Shown here in pieces: positions 8,650 to 16,275 of a DNA stretch of 38,702 nt (its first letter is position 1; every line of letters begins with the position of its first letter). The notes below the pieces were generated by a model that made no database searches, was not told the DNA's origin, and was given only the letters and a program-made list of their open reading frames with translations. Origin of the DNA: a virus (lineage: Duplodnaviria; Heunggongvirae; Uroviricota; Caudoviricetes; Demerecviridae). A program made the translations under genes and the position numbers. The stretch lies in the IMG/VR virus record IMGVR_UViG_2974499565_000001, positions 1 to 38,702 of that record; one strand, 5' to 3'.

Positions 8650-10059
8650 ATGTCTTTACAACTATTACGTAATACTCGAATCTTCGTGTCTACGGTTAAG
8701 ACTGGTCATACCAAAGAAAACACGCAAGAGATTCTAGTTCAAGATGATATTTCTTGGGGTCAGGACAGTAACTCAACCGATATTACTGTTAACGAAGCTG
8801 GTCCGCGTCCAACTCGTGGTTCAAAACGTTTCAACGACTCCTTGAACGCTGCTGAGTGGAGCTTCTCTACTTACATCCTGCCTTACGCAGATAAAACTAC
8901 TGGTAAGCAGATCGTTCCAGATTACATGTTATGGCATGCGCTCTCTAGCGGTAAGCCTATCGATCTTGATGGGGATACTGGAGCTCATACTAACGAAACT
9001 AACTTCATGGTTAACTTTAAGGATAACGCGTACCACGAACTGGCTATGCTGCATATCTATATCCTTACTGATAAAGCATGGAGTTATATTGATTCCTGTC
9101 AGATCAACCAAGCCGAAGTAAACGTAGATATCGAAGATATCGGTCGTGTAACCTGGTCTGGTAATGGTAACCAGCTGATTCCACTGGACTCACAACCATT
9201 TGATCCTGATACTGTAGGTATCGATGATGAAACTTACATGACTATCCAAAGTTCTTATATTAAGAACAAACTGACTATCCTGAAGATTAAGGATATGGAC
9301 AGCGGTAAGGCGTACGATATTCCGATCACTGGTGGTAGCTTCACAATCAACAACAACATCACCTATCTGACTCCGAATATCATGTCCCGTGTAAACATTC
9401 CAATCGGTTCCTTTACTGGTGCATTCGAACTAACCGGTTCTCTTACTGCTTATCTAAACGATAAAGCTCTGGGTTCTATGGATCTGTACAAAGATCTGAT
9501 TAAGACCCTGAAAGTGGTTAACCGTTTCGAAATTGCCCTGGTTCTTGGTGGTGAGTACGATGATGAGCGCCCTGCAGCTGTTCTAGTTGCTAAGCAAGCC
9601 CACGTTAACATCCCAACTATCGAGACTGACGATGTACTTGGTACTTCTGTTGAGTTCAAGGCTATTCCTACTGATCTGGATACTGGTGATGAAGGTTACC
9701 TTGGTTTCTCTAACAAATATACCAAAACTACTATTGCTAACCTGATTGCTACAGGTGATGGCGGTCAAGCTGCTCCGGTTCCAGTTACTGGCATTACTGT
9801 TAAGTCTGCTGGTGATGCAACCACAGTTGAAAATAGTGCAACTCTCCAGATGACAGTAGATGTTCTGCCTGCAGAAGCTACTAATAAGGCTGTAACTTGG
9901 TCTATCTCTTCTGGTACAGCAGCTACTATTGATGCTGATTCCGGTCTGCTAACTGCTGACGCTTCTAAAGTAGGTGCAGTTACTGTTAAAGCTGTGGCTA
10001 AAGACGGTTCTGGTGTAGAAGGTACTAAGAGCATTACAGTTACTGCTTCTGGTGGCTAA
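8650..10059 (+). CDS. pb6: Major tail tube protein with C-terminal Ig-like (Big_2-type) domain
   Basis: MSLQLLRNTRIFVSTVKTGH start matches T5 pb6. C-terminal NKAVTWSISSG..AVAKDGSGV Ig motif. 469 aa. Confidence 0.97.
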   Translation: MSLQLLRNTRIFVSTVKTGHTKENTQEILVQDDISWGQDSNSTDITVNEAGPRPTRGSKRFNDSLNAAEWSFSTYILPYADKTTGKQIVPDYMLWHALSSGKPIDLDGDTGAHTNETNFMVNFKDNAYHELAMLHIYILTDKAWSYIDSCQINQAEVNVDIEDIGRVTWSGNGNQLIPLDSQPFDPDTVGIDDETYMTIQSSYIKNKLTILKIKDMDSGKAYDIPITGGSFTINNNITYLTPNIMSRVNIPIGSFTGAFELTGSLTAYLNDKALGSMDLYKDLIKTLKVVNRFEIALVLGGEYDDERPAAVLVAKQAHVNIPTIETDDVLGTSVEFKAIPTDLDTGDEGYLGFSNKYTKTTIANLIATGDGGQAAPVPVTGITVKSAGDATTVENSATLQMTVDVLPAEATNKAVTWSISSGTAATIDADSGLLTADASKVGAVTVKAVAKDGSGVEGTKSITVTASGG

Positions 10060-10063
10060 TTAA

Positions 10064-10960
10064 ATGTACTACTCTCTAATGCGAGAGTCAAAAGTTGTAG
10101 TTGAGTATGATGGCAGAGCGTATCACTTTGACGCTCTGTCAAACTATGACATCAATACCTCCTACGAGGAATTTAAAACTCTTCGTAGGACTATTCATCG
10201 TAGAACCAACTATGCTGACTCTGTTATTAACGCACAAACTCCATCATCAATATCGCTGGCTATAAATTTTAGTAATACCCTTACTGAGGCTAACTTCTTC
10301 GAATGGATGGGCTTTGATAGAGAGGGTACTACCTTCCTGCTACCACTTTATAGCACGAATATTGAACCAACGATGTTTAATATATACATAGTTAATAAAG
10401 ACAATAACTGTGTATATTTTGAAAACTGTTTTGTATCTAACGTTGACTTCTCTCTTGATAAAAACGTTCCAGTACTGAATGTTGGTATTGAGTCTGGTAA
10501 GTTTTCCGAGGTATCTACGTACCCTCCTGCTGGTATTGTTCAGGGCGAGGTTATGTCTTACAGTCCTCCTAGAGTAACTACAAACAGTAATATTTTACCC
10601 GCTCTTTTATCCGCTTCTATGTCCTTCCAACAGCAATGCTCTTGGAGAGAAGATAAAAGTGTATTTGACATAAACAAAATATATAATAATAAAAGAGCTT
10701 ATGTTAACGAGATGAATGCTTCGGCAACAATTGCGTTTTACTACACTAAGCGATTTGCTGGTGATATGTTCTACAATATTGAACCCGAAACTGATATCCC
10801 TTTAACTATCCGAAATGAACATATTTCGATTGATTTCCCTTCAGCACGTATAACAAAACGCCTACAATTCTCGGATCTATACAGGATTGAGTGGGATGTA
10901 ATTCCTACTGCTGATTCTGATCCGGTAAGAATCGACTTCTTTGGAGAAATAAAGAAATGA
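10064..10960 (+). CDS. p140: Baseplate tube / minor tail protein
   Basis: 298 aa directly after pb6. T5 synteny and recalled similarity. Confidence 0.85.
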   Translation: MYYSLMRESKVVVEYDGRAYHFDALSNYDINTSYEEFKTLRRTIHRRTNYADSVINAQTPSSISLAINFSNTLTEANFFEWMGFDREGTTFLLPLYSTNIEPTMFNIYIVNKDNNCVYFENCFVSNVDFSLDKNVPVLNVGIESGKFSEVSTYPPAGIVQGEVMSYSPPRVTTNSNILPALLSASMSFQQQCSWREDKSVFDINKIYNNKRAYVNEMNASATIAFYYTKRFAGDMFYNIEPETDIPLTIRNEHISIDFPSARITKRLQFSDLYRIEWDVIPTADSDPVRIDFFGEIKK

Positions 10961-11361
10961 TTAACTTAAAAGATATTACCCTAGATACTCGCTCTGTTAC
11001 GCTTTCCTACCCTGGTATGCCTAACTTTAAGCTTGAATTGAACTACATGTCTCGTGCCACTTCTAAGCGTGTTATTGCTTCTGCAAAACGTGACGAATGG
11101 GTTAACGGTACACTGTTACAGGTTCAGGATGATGACAAGTTCATTGAAGCTTTCGTTGATTCTGCTATCAAAGGTTGGACTGGTCTGACTATTGGTGATG
11201 TTGAGAAGCTGATGCTGATTGAAACTGAAGCTGATCCATCTACTGAAGTTCCTTTTAGCCGCGATAACGCTGTAATGCTAATGCAGAACTCTGCTGCGTT
11301 TGATTCCTGGATCAACCAGACAGTGTTCCACTTAGACACTTTTCGTAGCCCAAAAGCGTAA
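10957..11361 (+). CDS. p139: Tail assembly chaperone (gpG-like)
   Basis: 134 aa, first of two ORFs before the tape measure gene. GGAG RBS. Confidence 0.8.
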   Translation: MINLKDITLDTRSVTLSYPGMPNFKLELNYMSRATSKRVIASAKRDEWVNGTLLQVQDDDKFIEAFVDSAIKGWTGLTIGDVEKLMLIETEADPSTEVPFSRDNAVMLMQNSAAFDSWINQTVFHLDTFRSPKA

Positions 11362-11422
11362 ACAACTTCTAGATGCCGTTGCCAAATTCGCAGATAAATG
11401 CGTTAAGTCTTCGGCATCTAAA

Positions 11423-11791
11423 ATGACTAAAGAACAATACTTAATAATGTGCGAGTCAATGGGTATCGAACCAGATCCTGATGTGATGCCTGTTGAACTA
11501 GAAGATTTTCCACCTATTGTATCTACTAGTAAGCAAATCTATAACAGTCTCATTGATTGTTTCATACCGGGTGACTTTCCTATCTTTATAGGTAAAGATA
11601 AAAGTGCATTAGGTGTTTTATTTGATATCTATGGGATTACTGATCCGATAGAGAAAGAGTTCGTTCTACACATAATCAATATATTTGATTCGAAAGCAGT
11701 AGACGCAGCTCGTAAGAGAGCCGAGAAACATGGGAAACCAAATGGTCGCACTCCGAACATTAAACCTCATGGAAGATCTCGAGCTCAGTAA
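11423..11791 (+). CDS. p138: Tail assembly chaperone C-terminal ORF (gpT-like), probably translated as a frameshift fusion to p139
   Basis: 122 aa from the ATG. The frame stays open upstream to 11336, and there is no SD before the ATG. Confidence 0.75.
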   Translation: MTKEQYLIMCESMGIEPDPDVMPVELEDFPPIVSTSKQIYNSLIDCFIPGDFPIFIGKDKSALGVLFDIYGITDPIEKEFVLHIINIFDSKAVDAARKRAEKHGKPNGRTPNIKPHGRSRAQ

Positions 11792-11826
11792 AAGTTTCCT
11801 CCAATGGGCGTTCCACGATGAGGCTT

Positions 11827-11857
11827 GGCTCTGGGTGATTTGCCCAGAGCCTTTTTT
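11827..11857 (+). terminator. Intrinsic terminator between chaperone genes and tape measure gene
   Basis: GGCTCTGGG / CCCAGAGCC 9-bp stem followed by T6. Confidence 0.88.
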
Positions 11858-11874
11858 ATTGGGAAAAATAAATG
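11850..11874 (+). repeat. 25-nt exact repeat, copy 2
   Basis: Identical to 6833-6857. Ends in the pb2 ATG. Confidence 0.9.
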
Positions 11875-14800
11875 ACTGATAAGCTAATACGAGAACTACT
11901 GATAGACGTAAAGCAGAAAGGAGCAACCCGTACTGCAAAATCTATTGAAAGTGTTTCTGATGCGTTAGAAAATGCTGCTGCCGCTTCTGAACTGACTAAT
12001 GAACAGTTAGGAAAGATGCCCAAAACTCTATATTCCATTGAGAGGGCGGCGGATAGAGCAGCTAAGAGTCTAACAAAGATTCAGGCTTCTAGAGGTATGA
12101 CAGGTATTTCTCAATCTATTGATAAGATGATTACATCTCTTGATAGATTAGAAACTGCAATTCTCCAAGTTAGCCAAGACTTAAACCAAGGATTTGCCGA
12201 TGTAGGTAAATCAGTTAATAGAATGGGTAACGATGTAGTTGCTGCAACTGAAAGGGTTCAGGATAGATTACACGATACCAATACTACTATTAGAAATACT
12301 GGTAAAGCTTTTAATGATACTAGTACAGCAGCGGGGAGAGCTAGCCGAGCAATAGGTAATACTTCGGGTTCCGCTCGTGGTGCAACTCGTGACTTCGCAG
12401 CTATGGCTAAAGTAGGTGGTAGTTTACCTCTAATGTACGCTGCAATTGCATCTAACGTATTCGTTCTGCAATCTGCATTTGAACAGCTGAAGATGGGTGA
12501 TCAGTTAAACCGCCTAGAGAAGTTTGGTACTATCGTGGGTACTCAGACAGGTACTCCGGTACAAACTCTAGCTAGGTCGCTACAGGAAGCTGCTGGTTAT
12601 GCAATTTCTTTTGAAGAAGCAATGAGACAAGCATCCTCTGCTTCTGCATACGGTTTTGATGCTGAACAACTTAATAAATTCGGTCTAGTAGCTCGTCGTG
12701 CTGCTGCTGTTCTTGGTGTAGATATGACTGACGCACTTAACCGTGTAATCAAAGGTGTATCTAAACAAGAAATCGAACTTCTGGATGAACTTGGTGTTAC
12801 TATTCGTCTTAATGACGCATTCTCTGACTATGTTAAACAGCTTAATGCTGCTAACACAGGTATTACTTATAATATCAATAGTCTATCCACCTTCCAGAAA
12901 CAACAGGCGTACGCTAACGCAGTAATCGCAGAATCTACTAAACGTTTCGGATATCTGGATGAAGTATTACGTGCAACTCCGTGGGAACAGTTCGCTGCTA
13001 ACGCTGATGCTGCATTACGTAAAATTCAACAAGCTGCTGCTAAGTATCTTGGTCCAGTTATTGACTCTATTAACGCAGTATTCTATACATCTCAAGCTTC
13101 TATTTCTGCAACTGCTGCTAGAGCACAGGAACAGACTAACCGAGCTATTGATCCTAGTAACGTTGGTGCTGTGGCTCTTGGACTTGAGGCATCAGAAGCT
13201 GGGTATAATAAAGCTCTTGATATGTATAAAGAATCTCTAGAAAAGCGTAATAAGTTAAAAGCTGATCTAGATAAGCGCATGCAACAGGCTGACTTCTTTA
13301 CTGCTGGTGCAATTCGTTCTGTAGCCCAGGGTGTTCCTGTAAGTGCAGCAGCACTTGGTGCTTCTGAAGAAAATAAGAAGTTCGTAGCTGATACTGCTGC
13401 AATGGCACTACAGGTAGAGCGTCTTGATAAGGAAGTTGCTGACTCTACTGAAAATTTAGGAGCCTGGAAATCTGCATACCAAGCTGCTGGGGCAGCTGCT
13501 GCTAAGGCAAACCCTGAATTCCAGAAACAGATAAATCTACAGAAGGATGCAAACGATCCTGATGCAGTTTATGACTTTAACTCTGCAACCCTAAAAGGGT
13601 TGACAGAACAGCAGAAAGCGTATGACCAGACTAAGAAAACTGCTAGTGACTTAGCAAACGATATTCAGAACATTGCACAGAATACTAACACTGCTGCTAA
13701 AACAAGTGCATCGTTAGCTGATACAATTAAGACTATCGAATCACTGTCTGCTGGTACTGGTAAAAATGCTGATGAGTATGTTAAGAGCTTGAACTTAGGT
13801 TATAATACTCTAAGTGAAATGAAAACTGCTTCTCAAGCACTTGCTGGTTATGTAAAACTGACGGGTAATGAAACAAAGAATCAGTTAGCTGTTCAACAGA
13901 AGATTGCCGAAGTGTACAACCAGACTAAGGATAAAGAAAAAGCACAGGAAGCTGGTAGACGTCTGGAAGTTCAACAGTTAGAAGAACAGGAAGCAGCCCT
14001 TAAGCGGGTACTGGAAACTAACAAGGGTAACAAGGCAATTGAAAGTGAGATTGCTAAGATACAGCTAGAAAGGATCAAGATCACTAACCAGAACATGGAA
14101 GCTCAGAAGAAGGTTAAGGATTACACGGATAAGATCCTTGGTGTTGATCGTGAGATTGCTCTGCTTAACAACCGTACTATGACAGATACTCAGTATAAGT
14201 TAGCTCAGTTGAACCTTGAACTGACTATCGAGAAAGAGAAATATGCATGGTACTCTAAGCAGGTCGACAAGCAAAAAGATGCAGAACAATCAAGACGTGC
14301 TCAGGCACAGATTGAGCGTGAAATCTGGAAGTTCCGTCAGGACCAGCAAATGGAAATGGCTAGTGGGCGCGAGAGAGCTTTAGGGTTATCTCAAACCGAA
14401 CGTAACGTTACTGGTGAATCTCAGCGTTTAACTGAACAGCAAGCTCTATACCAAAGTCTATTGGAGATTACAAAAGGAAACGCACAAGCTCAGGAAGAGT
14501 ATAAGCGTAAAATCCAAGAAACTTCGGCAGCTCTAGCACAGCTTAAGATGCAACGTGATGCTCAAATGCAGCAAGCTGTTACTTCTTCTGTTGGTGGTAC
14601 TTACACACCTACTACTGGGCTAGAAGGTGATGATAAAGCCAATATGGATATGCAGAATAGAATGGCATCTTATGACCAGGCTATCTCTAAATTATCTGAA
14701 CTAAACTCTGAAGCAACTGCAGTAGCACAAAGTATGGGTAACCTAACTAATGCTATGATTCAGTTCTCCCAGGGGTCACTGGATACTACGTCTTTAGTAG

Positions 14801-15552
14801 CTGCTGGTATGCAAACTGTATCTTCAATGATTCAGTACAGTGTTGGCCAACAGGTAAGTGCTATTGATCAGGCTATTGCAGCAGAGCAGAAGCGTGATGG
14901 TAAATCAGAAGCATCCAAAGCGAAGATCAAGAAGTTAGAAGCTGAAAAGCTTAAGATCCAGCAAGATGCGGCTAAGAAGCAAATTATCATCCAAACAGCG
15001 GTTGCAGTTATGCAAGCAGCTACTGCAGTACCATATCCATTCTCAATTCCGTTAATGGTTGCGGCTGGATTAGCGGGTGCTATGGCATTAGCTCAGGCAT
15101 CTTCTGCATCTGGTATATCTAATATTGGAGACTCTGGTGGTGATACTGCTAGCTACTTAACACTTGGAGAGCGCCAGAAGAACGTCGACGTTTCTATGTC
15201 GGCTAATGCTGGGGAACTTTCTTATATGCGTGGTGATCAAGGTATTGGTAACGCTAACACCTTTGTTCCGCGTGCGGAAGGTGGTAATATGTATCCAGGC
15301 GTTAGTTACCAGATGGGTGAACATGGTACCGAGGTAGTTACTCCTATGGTTCCTATGAAGGCCACTCCAGCTGATGAGGTTAAAGGCTCATCTAGAGGCA
15401 CATCGGGTAGACCTATTGTGCTGAACATCAGTACGATGGATGCGGCGAGCTTCCGAGATTTTGCTTCGAGCAACAGCGCTGCTTTCAGGGATGCCGTGGA
15501 ACAGGCTCTTAATGAGAATGGAACCACCCTGAAATCACTTGGTAATTCTTAA
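11872..15552 (+). CDS. pb2: Tape measure protein
   Basis: 1226 aa, Ala/Gln-rich coiled coil with hydrophobic segments near both ends. MTDKLIRELLIDVKQKGATRTAKSI matches T5 pb2. Confidence 0.96.
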   Translation: MTDKLIRELLIDVKQKGATRTAKSIESVSDALENAAAASELTNEQLGKMPKTLYSIERAADRAAKSLTKIQASRGMTGISQSIDKMITSLDRLETAILQVSQDLNQGFADVGKSVNRMGNDVVAATERVQDRLHDTNTTIRNTGKAFNDTSTAAGRASRAIGNTSGSARGATRDFAAMAKVGGSLPLMYAAIASNVFVLQSAFEQLKMGDQLNRLEKFGTIVGTQTGTPVQTLARSLQEAAGYAISFEEAMRQASSASAYGFDAEQLNKFGLVARRAAAVLGVDMTDALNRVIKGVSKQEIELLDELGVTIRLNDAFSDYVKQLNAANTGITYNINSLSTFQKQQAYANAVIAESTKRFGYLDEVLRATPWEQFAANADAALRKIQQAAAKYLGPVIDSINAVFYTSQASISATAARAQEQTNRAIDPSNVGAVALGLEASEAGYNKALDMYKESLEKRNKLKADLDKRMQQADFFTAGAIRSVAQGVPVSAAALGASEENKKFVADTAAMALQVERLDKEVADSTENLGAWKSAYQAAGAAAAKANPEFQKQINLQKDANDPDAVYDFNSATLKGLTEQQKAYDQTKKTASDLANDIQNIAQNTNTAAKTSASLADTIKTIESLSAGTGKNADEYVKSLNLGYNTLSEMKTASQALAGYVKLTGNETKNQLAVQQKIAEVYNQTKDKEKAQEAGRRLEVQQLEEQEAALKRVLETNKGNKAIESEIAKIQLERIKITNQNMEAQKKVKDYTDKILGVDREIALLNNRTMTDTQYKLAQLNLELTIEKEKYAWYSKQVDKQKDAEQSRRAQAQIEREIWKFRQDQQMEMASGRERALGLSQTERNVTGESQRLTEQQALYQSLLEITKGNAQAQEEYKRKIQETSAALAQLKMQRDAQMQQAVTSSVGGTYTPTTGLEGDDKANMDMQNRMASYDQAISKLSELNSEATAVAQSMGNLTNAMIQFSQGSLDTTSLVAAGMQTVSSMIQYSVGQQVSAIDQAIAAEQKRDGKSEASKAKIKKLEAEKLKIQQDAAKKQIIIQTAVAVMQAATAVPYPFSIPLMVAAGLAGAMALAQASSASGISNIGDSGGDTASYLTLGERQKNVDVSMSANAGELSYMRGDQGIGNANTFVPRAEGGNMYPGVSYQMGEHGTEVVTPMVPMKATPADEVKGSSRGTSGRPIVLNISTMDAASFRDFASSNSAAFRDAVEQALNENGTTLKSLGNS

Positions 15553-15559
15553 TATTGGA

Positions 15560-15586
15560 GGAGGACTTTATGTCCTCCTTTTCTTT
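15560..15586 (+). terminator. Intrinsic terminator after pb2
   Basis: GGAGGAC-TTTAT-GTCCTCC followed by TTTTCTTT. Confidence 0.8.
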
Positions 15587-15605
15587 ATGGAAAAATAAAA
15601 ATTTC

Positions 15606-15663
15606 TTGATAAAATTTTCCAATCCTATTATAATATTGTTATTAAGAGGAGAAATTAACTATG
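15606..15663 (+). promoter_or_regulatory. Late promoter and RBS for pb9 (homologue of T5 PG25)
   Basis: TTGATA (15606-15611), 17 bp, TATAAT (15629-15634), with an A-tract UP element. RBS AAGAGGAGAAATTAACTATG. Matches the recalled PG25 sequence. Confidence 0.9.
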
Positions 15664-16275
15664 AGACTACCAGACCCATACACGAACCCAGAACTATCAG
15701 GGTTAGGTTTTGAAAGCGTTAACTTAGTAGACAATGACCCTATGATTCGTGATGAATTACCTAATGGTACTGTTAGGGAGGTTAAGGTGTCTGCTCAATA
15801 TTGGGGTATTAATATCTCTTATCCAGAATTATTCCCAGATGAGTTTGCAAAATTAGACTCATTTATACTTGACTATAAAAGAACGGGTGATTATATTGAT
15901 GTTTTATTACCTCAATATGAAGCTTTTAGAGTCCGTGGTGACACTAGTGCTGTGAGTATTTCAGCGGGTCAAAAAGGTTCCACTATTATGATGGATACTA
16001 AAGGTACACTACGTGGACTACCTAAGCCTGGAGATTTATTTAAACTCTCTAATCATCCTAAAGTATATAAAATCACTTCTATTACTACAGCAGGTAACTC
16101 ATGGAATCTGAGTATTTATCCTGATCTGTTCATTACTACTACAGGTAGTGAAAAGCCAGTATTCAATGGTATTTTATTCAGAACTAAACTTATGAATGGA
16201 GACAGTTTTGGTTCTACGTTAAATAATAACGGTACTTATTCTGGTATTTCACTTTCCTTGAGGGAAAGTCTATGA
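15661..16275 (+). CDS. pb9: Distal tail protein (Dit)
   Basis: 204 aa with an MRLPDPYTNP start. T5 length and synteny. Confidence 0.92.
   Translation: MRLPDPYTNPELSGLGFESVNLVDNDPMIRDELPNGTVREVKVSAQYWGINISYPELFPDEFAKLDSFILDYKRTGDYIDVLLPQYEAFRVRGDTSAVSISAGQKGSTIMMDTKGTLRGLPKPGDLFKLSNHPKVYKITSITTAGNSWNLSIYPDLFITTTGSEKPVFNGILFRTKLMNGDSFGSTLNNNGTYSGISLSLRESL

Noticed and set aside
15641-15666. Possible pQE vector contamination (RBSII-like sequence)
   Set aside because: It is continuous with the phage pb9 ORF and the pb2 terminator, and has no lac operator or His-tag. The vector part derives from T5.
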